In this document: positions 26,501 through 34,578 of the stretch, in pieces
Layout: each line of letters starts with the position of its first letter
Numbering within the stretch: position 1 is the first letter of the stretch
Assembly: GCA_030829675.1 (NCBI GenBank)
Contig: JAURAE010000001.1
Location: 16,516-80,515, forward strand
Source: Schleiferiaceae bacterium
GTDB taxonomy: Bacteria; Bacteroidota; Bacteroidia; Flavobacteriales; Schleiferiaceae
DNA: 64,000 nucleotides
Reading direction: 5' to 3'
The notes under the pieces: generated by a model
What the model was told of the DNA's origin: nothing
The model's input: only the letters and a program-made list of their open reading frames with translations
Database searches by the model: none
Program-made: the position numbers and the translations under genes

Positions 26501-29500
26501 CTTCGAGGAGCAAAATATTGAGTTCATCCAATTTTGGGTGATGGATCCATTCTACGACAATGATGATGCCCCGGACGGCGGTGACCTTTATTTCAATCTC
26601 GGTAGCGTTTCGGAAGATGTCCTGAAGGATGGGCGTCAAAGCTTCGAAAATGGTATTCCAGCGGACGGCGATAAATCCGGGATGGATTCCACGCAGTGGG
26701 GCCTATTGAGTGAAATTCAGCCGATCACCGAGTTTTTTGACAATACCGCAGGGGCCCGGGAGGCGCAAGATGTCGGTTTTGATGCCTTGACGGATTTTGA
26801 AGAACGTATTTGGTCACCAGCTGGTGGTAGCTCTTACCTCCAACGCATCAATTCAGCCTACGGGACAAATACAGCCGCATACCAGCGTGCCTTCCGCGAT
26901 CCAAATGCGGACAACTTCGTGTACTATCGTGGCGATTCACTCGACAATGCCTCGGCCGATATCCTACGTCGTTACTACAACTTCAACGGGGTAGAGGGCA
27001 ACAGTGGCACTGAGACCATCAACGGTGCACCGGCCTCGGCCACCAACGTGCCGGATAAGGAGGATGCGAACCGCGACCAGACCTTGAGCAAGACTGAAAG
27101 CTATTTCCAATACCGCGTGTCCATGCGCCCGGAAGATTTAGTCGTGGGTAAAAACTTCGTGACGGACATCTACGAAACTAACAGCCACGCCCTGCCGAAC
27201 GGGATGACTCGCCCGACCCGCTGGATTCAATTCAAAATCCCGGTCTTCCAACCACAGAAGAAAGTGGGTGGCATCACAGATTTCCGCTCCATCCGATTCA
27301 TGCGAATGTTCCTCACGGAATTTGACGACCCAATTGTTCTTCGTTTTGCCAAACTTGAACTTGTCCGTGGCGAATGGCGTCGATTCCCATTCGTGCTCGA
27401 CGACATTCGTGAAAACGTCCCCGTAGATGAAAACGACGGCACCAGCTTCAACGTGAATGCGGTAAACCTAGAGGAAAATGGCGGACGCGTGCCTATCCCG
27501 TACGTATTGCCACCGGATATCGAGCGCCAGCAAGTCTACGGCGGTACCCAAATCATTCAGCAGAACGAGCAGAGTATGGCCTTGGAAGTCTGCGGATTAA
27601 AGGACGGCGATGCCCGAGCAGTATTCCGCAACTTCAACTTTGATATGCGGATGTACAAACGCCTGAAGATGTTTGTACACGTGGAAAGCGGCGGCGATTT
27701 CGACGATCTTCAAGACGGTGATTTGAGCATTTTTGTTCGCCTAGGGTCCGATTACAACGGCAACTACTACGAGTACGAGGTGCCGATGCGCGTTTCCGAA
27801 TGGGGCGCCGTACTGCCGGAAGATATTTGGCCGGCAGATAACAACATCGACTTGGCCTTTGAGGATTTGAAGACCTTAAAACTCGCCCGAAATGCTGCCA
27901 TGGAGACGGATCCTACGCTGAGTTTGACGAACAAATATTCGGTGACCACTCCGGAAGGGACGACTTTGAGTGTTGTAGGGGCTCCAAACATCAGCAATGT
28001 TCGAACACTTTTAATTGGCGTCCGCAACCCTAAAAAGCGCACCGCGACCGACGGGGACGATGGCCTCGATAAGTGTGCCGAAATTTGGGTGAACGAGTTG
28101 CGCTTAAGCGATTTTGACAACAGAGGCGGATGGGCAGCAACGGCAACGGCTAGTGCGAAACTCGCTGATTTTGCCAATGTTAACATCACGGGAGTGATGA
28201 GCACCATCGGCTTCGGTTCCATCGATCAAACGGTCAACGAACGAAACAAATTTGCTGAGCGCTCTTATGGTATTCAGAGTAATATTAATCTAGATAAGGT
28301 GCTGCCCTCAGAATTAGGTGTTAAGCTGCCTATGTTCTTCAGCTTCAGCGAAAACTTTAAATCTCCACAGTTCAATCCGTTAGATCCAGATATCGAATTT
28401 AATCGGGCATTAGCCGAAACGAATTCTCAAGCAGAAAGGGATAGCCTTCGTTTTGCCGGACAAGAATACGAGATGCGTAAGAGTATCAACTTCACCAATG
28501 TTCGTAAGGAAAAAGGCGGTGCTGTGGGCGGTGCTGGAAGACCTGCGCCTATGGGCCCCAAAGGCATGGAAGGCGGCGAGGAAGGTGGCACAAAGTCCAA
28601 GGGAGATTTCTGGGCCAATTCTCCATTGAACATTACAAATTTCAACACCTCATATGCCTATACTGAGAGTGAGAAGCGTAATATCAACATTGTACGTGAT
28701 CATCGTTACATGCACACGGCTTCATTGAACTATAATTACCAAACCCGCCCAAAGATTGTAGAGCCCTTCAAGTCGAAGATCTCCAATAAACAATTGGCCC
28801 TGATTAGAGATTTTAATTTCTACTACCTGCCGTCTAAAGTGACCCTGCGAACTGAAGTGAAGCGTCAAATGGCGACCATGCAAATGCGGAACACTTTTGA
28901 TCCGACTATTAAGCTTCCAGTTACCTATAATAAGGCTTTGACCACCAAGCGGATGTACGATATAGCTTATGATTTAAGTCGTGGTTTGAAGGTGGATTAC
29001 AATGCTCAAGCGATGAGTCGTGTAGACGAATTGCCCGGCGATCCAAAAACTCAAGCCAATCGTGATACTATTATAGCGGGATTATCAACTTTAGGGCGTC
29101 CGACAGATTTCCACCAAACGCTGAATGTGAACTGGCAGATTCCGTTCAACAAGCTTCCGTTCATGGACTTTACTTCTACGAGCTTGCGTTATTCTGCGAA
29201 TTACGATTGGACGACTAATTCCACTTCTGCATTGAACCCACAAAGCAATCCAGACATTTACTTCGGAAACAGAGCTCAAAACTCAAACTCGATCCAATTC
29301 AACGGAAACGCCAACTTCGTCAACTTCTATAACCAAGTACCGTTCTTGCGCAAAGCCAATCAGGGCGGACGACCGACACCGCAAGCTCGACGCCGTGGTG
29401 CCCCGCCTAAACGAGGTGCAGTCAAGGGTAAAGAGGAAGAAAAGAAAGAGGAGAAAAAAGATCCCAAAATCCTTTTGGGTGCTGCCCGAGTCGCAATGAT

Positions 29501-30911
29501 GGTGCGCAGTGCTTCCTTGACCTATTCTGAAACCAACGGTACTTTATTGCCTGGGGTGATCACAAATCCGGTCTACTTCGGAATGGATCCAGGTAATGTA
29601 TTGGCACCAGGCCTTGGCTTTGTGTTCGGTTCGCAGGAAGATATTACCTCTAAAGCGGGGGATTTGGGTTGGTTGACCAAGAACCCAAAGCAACCGAATC
29701 AATTCCAAAAAACCTTATCCGAAAACCTTAATTTTCGCGCTGTAGTTGAACCTTGGAAAGACATTAGACTTCAAATTACAGCGACAAAGGTTTATGGATT
29801 AAACAACACTTCGATCTTCAGATTCCATGACCCATTGCAGGATACCACCCTCGGTTTAACGGAAGGTTATTACCATTTTAACCCAATGGATATGGGGAAT
29901 TACAGTATTTCCTTCTTGTCCATTGGAAGCGCTTTCGAACCAATGGATTCGAATTCCTACTCTCAAGTCTACGAAACTTTCTTGGCCCATCGATACGAGA
30001 TTTCTGAGCGATTGGCAACGCAACGCGCTATTAATGATCCGATGTACGTGGCCAATTTTATCTCAGTCGCCCAAGACACCACTGGAACGCGCGAGGGATA
30101 TGATGGTTACAGTTATAACAATCCAGATGTACTCATACCTGCCTTCTTAGCCGCTTATTCTGGCCGTGATCCTAATACCATTGAGATGAATGGAAGGCCT
30201 ACGATGCCAATGCCGAATTGGGACCTCAACTTTAACGGGCTCATGAACATCCCTTGGTTCAAGAAAAACTTCCAGAGTTTCACATTGACCCACAGCTACA
30301 AGAGCTTGTACACGATGAATAGCTTCCAGAGCAACATGTTGCTTCAGCAGCGCATCCAGAATGGAGAGCCGCCCAATAATATTCGAAATACCAACGGCGA
30401 TTTCCTCGGTCCAATGCAAATCAATCAAGTCAGTATTTCTGAGACATTTGGTCCTTTTGTCGGTTTAAATGTTCGGATGAAAAATCAGGCAAGCTTGCGC
30501 CTAGATATCAAGCGGAACCGCCAATTGAACCTGAGCTTGGTCAACAACCAAATGACCGATACTAAAGGGTACGAATTCGTGCTCGGTACAGGTTACATCA
30601 TTAAAGACGTTTCGTTCTTTATTGTAAGTGACGGTCGAAGACAAAAAATAACGTCTAACCTCGACATGAAGTTAGATTTCAGCTTAAGAGATAATGCTAC
30701 GGTGATTCGACGTATCCAAGAAGGCGTGGACCAGATTACGGCCGGTCAGCGTATTTGGTCGCTCAAAGCCAGCGCAGATTATATGTTATCTCCTAAGTTG
30801 ACGGCCCGATTATATTACGACCAAACCGTAAGTAAATTCAAAACTTCTAACGCCTTCCCGACGTTAAATACCAACGCCGGTGTGGCCTTTAGATTTAATC
30901 TTTCGCAATAG
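23598..30911 (+). CDS. sprA: Cell-surface gliding-motility protein SprA (T9SS outer-membrane translocon)
   Basis: 2437 aa with signal peptide ...AVPSFAQD. The giant size and sequence character fit SprA. The start ATG overlaps the ruvA stop (TAATG). Confidence 0.9.
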   Translation: MKRTLGKRLHFFWFAAALLWAVPSFAQDANDTTSTGSTGSLSLPDPANYQREIIYDPITGNYLVYRRYGDVLFMTPEVWTTDQYRQYMYNQSEQDYFGNKSALYNASGDSPRDNAGLVPQIQTGNEALGQVFGSDIVEIRPQGMAEIRFGGKYQYVQNPGIPVRNQKTFAFDFGQRIQMNVKGKIGDRLELGINYDTEATFAFDNKMKLDFEGEEDDIIKRLEMGNINMPLNSSLITGAQSLFGLKGQFQFGNTMVTTVFSEQRSQSQSINVQSGGTTTEFYIQGDEYEANRHYFLSQFFREHYEEYLENLPLITSPVQVTKVEVWVTNERSATQNLRNIVAFMDLGADERYAYRNDTAGLPGVSIFPGGNVNLEGFPNNANNRLDPLVLESDIPGVRDIATANQDLSSSGFLEAREYVELANARKLEPNQYNVHPQLGYITLNQALNQDEVLAVAFQYTAAGRTYQVGEFSNDGVTPPKTLILKLLKSTVLDVRMPTWDLMMKNIYALNAYQLDREDFYMDILYMNDETGVPIPFLPDGNLSDTLLIGVMELDRLNTNNDPFPDGIFDFVPGTTIDQQRGRIIFPVVEPFGSNLYEKLDTEKARDRYVYQALYDSTRFRAQEQTQLNKFILRGQYKSASGSEISLGAFNIPQGSVTVTAGGRTLTENQDYTVDYSLGRVRIINEGVLNSGSPIKVSFENNTLFNVQTKTFYGTNIDHKVNEHLNIGGTWLHLTERPLTQKVNIGDEPISNTIWGMNTNYSDEAPYLTRFVDALPFIETKEKSQVQFKGEFAHLIPGSPRGIRITGAETTYLDDFESSQTTIDLRSFTAWNLASTPAKQDGLFPESSLNNDLAYGYNRAKLAWYIIDPSLYTGGASVPDNIRNDPEITSDQRMREVLVKEVFPNYSLSTNEARNLAMFDLAYYPAERGPYNFDVEGLAGISQGIDSDGKLVDPSSRWAGIMRPLQINNFEEQNIEFIQFWVMDPFYDNDDAPDGGDLYFNLGSVSEDVLKDGRQSFENGIPADGDKSGMDSTQWGLLSEIQPITEFFDNTAGAREAQDVGFDALTDFEERIWSPAGGSSYLQRINSAYGTNTAAYQRAFRDPNADNFVYYRGDSLDNASADILRRYYNFNGVEGNSGTETINGAPASATNVPDKEDANRDQTLSKTESYFQYRVSMRPEDLVVGKNFVTDIYETNSHALPNGMTRPTRWIQFKIPVFQPQKKVGGITDFRSIRFMRMFLTEFDDPIVLRFAKLELVRGEWRRFPFVLDDIRENVPVDENDGTSFNVNAVNLEENGGRVPIPYVLPPDIERQQVYGGTQIIQQNEQSMALEVCGLKDGDARAVFRNFNFDMRMYKRLKMFVHVESGGDFDDLQDGDLSIFVRLGSDYNGNYYEYEVPMRVSEWGAVLPEDIWPADNNIDLAFEDLKTLKLARNAAMETDPTLSLTNKYSVTTPEGTTLSVVGAPNISNVRTLLIGVRNPKKRTATDGDDGLDKCAEIWVNELRLSDFDNRGGWAATATASAKLADFANVNITGVMSTIGFGSIDQTVNERNKFAERSYGIQSNINLDKVLPSELGVKLPMFFSFSENFKSPQFNPLDPDIEFNRALAETNSQAERDSLRFAGQEYEMRKSINFTNVRKEKGGAVGGAGRPAPMGPKGMEGGEEGGTKSKGDFWANSPLNITNFNTSYAYTESEKRNINIVRDHRYMHTASLNYNYQTRPKIVEPFKSKISNKQLALIRDFNFYYLPSKVTLRTEVKRQMATMQMRNTFDPTIKLPVTYNKALTTKRMYDIAYDLSRGLKVDYNAQAMSRVDELPGDPKTQANRDTIIAGLSTLGRPTDFHQTLNVNWQIPFNKLPFMDFTSTSLRYSANYDWTTNSTSALNPQSNPDIYFGNRAQNSNSIQFNGNANFVNFYNQVPFLRKANQGGRPTPQARRRGAPPKRGAVKGKEEEKKEEKKDPKILLGAARVAMMVRSASLTYSETNGTLLPGVITNPVYFGMDPGNVLAPGLGFVFGSQEDITSKAGDLGWLTKNPKQPNQFQKTLSENLNFRAVVEPWKDIRLQITATKVYGLNNTSIFRFHDPLQDTTLGLTEGYYHFNPMDMGNYSISFLSIGSAFEPMDSNSYSQVYETFLAHRYEISERLATQRAINDPMYVANFISVAQDTTGTREGYDGYSYNNPDVLIPAFLAAYSGRDPNTIEMNGRPTMPMPNWDLNFNGLMNIPWFKKNFQSFTLTHSYKSLYTMNSFQSNMLLQQRIQNGEPPNNIRNTNGDFLGPMQINQVSISETFGPFVGLNVRMKNQASLRLDIKRNRQLNLSLVNNQMTDTKGYEFVLGTGYIIKDVSFFIVSDGRRQKITSNLDMKLDFSLRDNATVIRRIQEGVDQITAGQRIWSLKASADYMLSPKLTARLYYDQTVSKFKTSNAFPTLNTNAGVAFRFNLSQ

Positions 30912-30935
30912 GGGAGAAGAGAATAAAATTGGACT

Positions 30936-30943
30936 TAAATTTG
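30936..30943 (+). promoter_or_regulatory. -7 promoter box TAaaTTTG upstream of gcvH
   Basis: Exact TAnnTTTG 13 nt upstream of ATG 30957. No clear -33 element. Confidence 0.35.
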
Positions 30944-30956
30944 AAACCCAAAACAA

Positions 30957-31341
30957 ATGCATATGCAATTTCCAGATAACTTAAAGTACTCAAAGGACCA
31001 CGAGTGGATCCGCGTTGAAGGCGATGAAGCCTATGTTGGTATTACGGCTTTCGCTGCCGGCGAGCTTGGTGATATCGTTTTCGTTGATGTTGATACAGAA
31101 GGCGAATCTTTAGATAAAGACGAAGTGTTCGGTTCAGTAGAGGCAGTCAAAACTGTATCAGATCTGTTCTTGCCAGTGAGTGGTGAAGTCTTGGAATTCA
31201 ACGAGAGCGTTGGAAGATGCTCCTGAATCTGTCAATGACGATCCTTACGGCGACGGATGGATGGTGAAAATTAAAATTGCGGATGCTTCGGAACTAGACG
31301 GCCTTATGGATGCCGCTGCGTACGAAGCAATGCTTGGATAA
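30957..31341 (+). pseudogene. gcvH: Glycine cleavage system H protein with an apparent +1 frameshift at about nt 31209
   Basis: Frame 1 gives [30 protein letters not shown]...[24 protein letters not shown] and stops at 31226. The frame starting at 31210 continues with [43 protein letters not shown], the expected GcvH C-terminus. Confidence 0.85.
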
Positions 31342-31344
31342 GCC

Positions 31345-31722
31345 ATGCGCAATCCTTGGATATACAGAGCCCCAGCATTTGCATGGGGCTTTTTAATTAT
31401 CTACCTGAGCCTCGCGCCGGTTCAAGACCTCGGCCCCGGATGGGAGTTGAATGTTTCAGATAAATTAGCACACGGTGTGCTCTATTTTACTTGGGTGGTG
31501 CTATTGTACTTCGGCACTTCTAGAGCCTATCAAAAACCGGTGAGCCGACATAAAATGGTCTTTTATTGGGTAGCGGCAGTGCTCTTTGGGGCCGGCATCG
31601 AACTCGCGCAAGGTTGGATGTCTTACGGCCGCAGTGCAGATGCCCTAGATGCTCTGGCCAACACCGGCGGTGCAATCATTGCAATTGTAGGGAGCCGATT
31701 CCTTCACAAATTCTTGGCATAG
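31345..31722 (+). CDS. VanZ-like family membrane protein
   Basis: 125 aa with 4 TM helices. SDKLAHGVLYF motif typical of VanZ-like proteins. Confidence 0.6.
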   Translation: MRNPWIYRAPAFAWGFLIIYLSLAPVQDLGPGWELNVSDKLAHGVLYFTWVVLLYFGTSRAYQKPVSRHKMVFYWVAAVLFGAGIELAQGWMSYGRSADALDALANTGGAIIAIVGSRFLHKFLA

Positions 31723-31763
31723 TTTTTTGAGTAGACTAAGTGAACCCCTTAAATCACTTGGTT

Positions 31764-32483
31764 ATGAAAACGAGAAATACCAACCCTAACCCCTCAACGC
31801 TTGAAGCAAAAAGACCATTGTTTTTCTTGGTCGGACTGTCCTTGTCTTTGCTGACAGTATACACTGCTTTCGAAATGAACTTTGCCCAAGCTGAGATGCC
31901 AGATTTCAGTGATGATGGAGGATTTACGGAAGAAATTGATTGGACTGTACCTGTGACGGTGATGCGTGCACCAGAGGCTCCTTCGAAGCCGAGGACGATG
32001 CCAAAGTTTAACCCGAACGAGTTTACAGTCATCGATAACAATGCAGCCTTACCAAACCTCGTTGCAGAGTGGAATACAGCCACCATAGATGATGGACTAG
32101 AGGTAATCATTGATCCTGATCCGATAGAGGTTTTTACTTTTACGCAAGTAGAAAGTATGCCTGTGTTTGCGGGTTGTGAAGAGGCGCTGACCAACGACGA
32201 AAGATATGCCTGTATGAATAGCCAATTAATGGCCTATGTTTCTTCGAATTTTGAGGTGACCGAACGCATGATTCAATTCAGCCGTGGCGAAAAGCTATTT
32301 GTCGAATTCATCATTGAAAAGAGCGGCGAAGTACGCAATGCCACGATCGTTCGTGGCGAAGACGAGCTCATCGCGGAAGAAGCGTTGCGCGTGGTAAAAT
32401 CACTGCCTCGATTCACTCCGGCTAAAATGAATGGAAAGCCCGTACGTATGTCGTATATTTTGCCCATTAATGTAAAGTTCTAA
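31764..32483 (+). CDS. TonB-family protein (N-terminal anchor, C-terminal TonB-C domain)
   Basis: Start moved to ATG 31764 (MKTRNT...). TM anchor PLFFLVGLSLSLLTVYTAF. C-terminal domain with VESMPVFAGCE...YACMN Cys pair and FTPAKMNGKPVRMSYILPINVKF. Confidence 0.8.
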   Translation: MKTRNTNPNPSTLEAKRPLFFLVGLSLSLLTVYTAFEMNFAQAEMPDFSDDGGFTEEIDWTVPVTVMRAPEAPSKPRTMPKFNPNEFTVIDNNAALPNLVAEWNTATIDDGLEVIIDPDPIEVFTFTQVESMPVFAGCEEALTNDERYACMNSQLMAYVSSNFEVTERMIQFSRGEKLFVEFIIEKSGEVRNATIVRGEDELIAEEALRVVKSLPRFTPAKMNGKPVRMSYILPINVKF

Positions 32484-32487
32484 ACGC

Positions 32488-32907
32488 ATGTTCATTCGTT
32501 CCCTTCTAGCATCGGCTTTTTTATCATTGTCATTGCCTTTGATGGCACAGTCTGCCGATCTTATCCATGAGACCCAGACCTTGCCAGTGTTCGAAACTTG
32601 CGCACACATTCAAGGCGATCAAAGCGAGCAACAGGTTTGCTTCAAGAGATTTGTGATGAATCACCTGATGAATGAGCTGAAATGGCCGGAAGGACTGAAG
32701 GAAAATGGAAAGGTATTTGTCGAGCTAAAATTTGACGCTTCGGGTCATTTAGCTGAGGTCAATAGCCTGCGTTCGTATGATGATTTGGCCAAGGAAGAAG
32801 CATTGCGTGCGATGCGTACTCTACCTGATCCCATTCGTCCAGGGACTTTAGGTGGAGAGGCTGCTCCGGTGAGCGTGGTTGTACCCGTTATGTTTACCCG
32901 TAATTGA
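32488..32907 (+). CDS. Secreted TonB-C-like domain protein (signal peptide, no anchor or Pro-rich linker)
   Basis: Signal peptide ...SLPLMAQS. LPVFETCAH...QQVCFKRF Cys pair aligned with the neighbouring paralogs. 139 aa. Confidence 0.6.
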   Translation: MFIRSLLASAFLSLSLPLMAQSADLIHETQTLPVFETCAHIQGDQSEQQVCFKRFVMNHLMNELKWPEGLKENGKVFVELKFDASGHLAEVNSLRSYDDLAKEEALRAMRTLPDPIRPGTLGGEAAPVSVVVPVMFTRN

Positions 32908-32970
32908 CCCTAAATTCATATTGCGCGACCGATACTTTTAGTTATTTTAGCGCCTCAATAGTTCGAGTTC

Positions 32971-33678
32971 ATGAAAACAAGAAAGACAATAAAAGCAGAT
33001 GCGGAAAATAAGAAGAGTCTCTTCTTATTGATCGGTTTGACTGCTTCGCTTGCCATGACTTTGTTCTTTTTAGAGCTTAAGTCATACGAAAGCGGCCCTG
33101 GTGATTTGGGTACCATGTCATACGATGATGAAGATGAAATCGCCATCATTACTAACCGTACGCCACCTCCGCCACCTCCACCTCCGCCACCGGCACCGCC
33201 AGAGGTAATCCAGATTGTGGAGGATGATTTGGAGATTGAAGAGGTTGAATTCGAATCTACGGAAACCGACGAGAGCGAGGTCATCGAGATCGTTGAAGAA
33301 GTTCCAGAAGAAGAGGATGAGATTTTCAACTTTGCGGTTGTTGAGAACAAGCCTATTTACCCAGGCTGTGAGAACTTGGCGACAGAAGATGAGAAATTCA
33401 TGTGTTTCAATCAGAATATCATGTCGCACATTGGCAAGAACTTTGACTTCCCTGAATTGGCCCGTCAAATGGGTATCCAAGGGAAAGTATATGTGAACTT
33501 CGTCATTGAGAAAAACGGTAAAGTGAGCAATGTAACCATTGCACGTGGAGTGGACCAGCTCATCGATGATGAGGCCATTCGTGTGATCAAGTTACTGCCT
33601 AAGTTTACCCCGGCAAAGCAGCGCGGTAAGCCTGTACGTATGCAGTACACGGTGCCGATCAACGCGAGATTGCAATAA
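32971..33678 (+). CDS. TonB-family energy transducer with poly-proline linker
   Basis: TM anchor SLFLLIGLTASLAMTLFFL. PPPPPPPPPPAPPE run (nt 33163-33201) followed by an acidic linker. C-terminal VENKPIYPGCE...FMCFN and FTPAKQRGKPVRMQYTVPINARLQ. Confidence 0.85.
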   Translation: MKTRKTIKADAENKKSLFLLIGLTASLAMTLFFLELKSYESGPGDLGTMSYDDEDEIAIITNRTPPPPPPPPPPAPPEVIQIVEDDLEIEEVEFESTETDESEVIEIVEEVPEEEDEIFNFAVVENKPIYPGCENLATEDEKFMCFNQNIMSHIGKNFDFPELARQMGIQGKVYVNFVIEKNGKVSNVTIARGVDQLIDDEAIRVIKLLPKFTPAKQRGKPVRMQYTVPINARLQ

Positions 33679-33698
33679 TCAAAAGAATTCCTTCAGAG

Positions 33699-33725
33699 CC
33701 CGGGCGTTGCCCGGGTTTTGTTTTT
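33699..33725 (+). terminator. Rho-independent terminator after the TonB array
   Basis: Stem cccgggc / gcccggg with loop gtt, followed by ttttgttttt. Confidence 0.75.
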
Positions 33726-33740
33726 AGAACATAGTCCATC

Positions 33741-34538
33741 ATGTCCATAGACCTCCAAACAAACAAGCTTATTGCTGCTCAAGCAGCATTGGACGGCGGT
33801 GCCGCCATTCTTGATGTATACAATAACGAAGAAACCCAAGTAGAGATCAAGGGGGACGATAGCCCTTTGACCCAAGCGGACTTGAAAAGCAATGCTGCCA
33901 TCATGGAGCACTTGAATAAGACGAGCTATTGGGTGTTGAGTGAGGAAGGCAAACACATGGAATATGCAGACCGAAAGGACATTAGTACCATGTGGATTGT
34001 CGATCCCCTCGACGGTACGAAGGAATTCATCAAGCGCAATGGCGAGTTCACTGTGAATGTCGCCTTGATTCAAGATGGTGCCCCGGTTTTAGGTGCTGTA
34101 TATGTTCCTGTAACCGGAGAACTGTATTTAGGTGTGGTAGGTCAAAGCGCTAAGAAATACCACTTCGATGCAGGAGCTACACTGGACCAAAGCGACCTAA
34201 ATGGAGGCATTGCATTACCAGTGGCTATGGATAGACCTTTTACAGCCGTAGGTTCGAGATCACACATGAATGAGGAGACTTCTAATTTCTTAGAGCAATA
34301 CCGCCAAGAGCATGGTGCGGTGGAAATCATGAGCAAGGGTTCGAGTCTGAAAATGTGTATGGTTGCTGAAGGTTTGGCGGATGTGTATCCGCGTTTTGCG
34401 CCTACTATGGAGTGGGATACCGCAGCTGGGCAGGCAGTGGTGGAAGCAGCTGGTTTCCAGATGGTCACTAAGGATGAGCGCACCCCTTTGAAGTACAATA
34501 AAGAGAACTTGTTGAACCCATATTTTATAGTGCTGTAG
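33741..34538 (+). CDS. cysQ: 3'(2'),5'-bisphosphate nucleotidase CysQ (inositol monophosphatase family)
   Basis: WIVDPLDGTKEF metal-binding motif and LSEE motif. 265 aa. Confidence 0.85.
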   Translation: MSIDLQTNKLIAAQAALDGGAAILDVYNNEETQVEIKGDDSPLTQADLKSNAAIMEHLNKTSYWVLSEEGKHMEYADRKDISTMWIVDPLDGTKEFIKRNGEFTVNVALIQDGAPVLGAVYVPVTGELYLGVVGQSAKKYHFDAGATLDQSDLNGGIALPVAMDRPFTAVGSRSHMNEETSNFLEQYRQEHGAVEIMSKGSSLKMCMVAEGLADVYPRFAPTMEWDTAAGQAVVEAAGFQMVTKDERTPLKYNKENLLNPYFIVL

Positions 34539-34564
34539 TACCTGCTGATTCCCGTTTCAGGTAG

Positions 34565-34572
34565 TATCTTTG
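34565..34572 (+). promoter_or_regulatory. -7 promoter box TAtcTTTG immediately upstream of cyoE
   Basis: Exact TAnnTTTG ending 6 nt before ATG 34579, which implies a very short or absent leader. Confidence 0.35.
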
Positions 34573-34578
34573 CGCTCC

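Noticed and set aside
30912-30956. A glycine riboswitch upstream of gcvH was considered.
   Set aside because: The intergenic space is only 45 nt, far too short for a glycine riboswitch aptamer, and contains just a -7 box.
31200-31226. Programmed ribosomal frameshifting was considered as an explanation for the gcvH frame change.
   Set aside because: There is no slippery heptamer, homopolymer or downstream structure at the site (gag agc g ttg gaa). A simple 1-nt insertion, real or a sequencing error, is more parsimonious.
32955-33350. A minus-strand ORF encodes a poly-Gly/Ser-rich 131-aa protein.
   Set aside because: It is the mirror image of the TonB poly-Pro/acidic linker (CCN codons read as GGN on the opposite strand). 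The TonB frame has an anchor and a conserved C-terminal domain.
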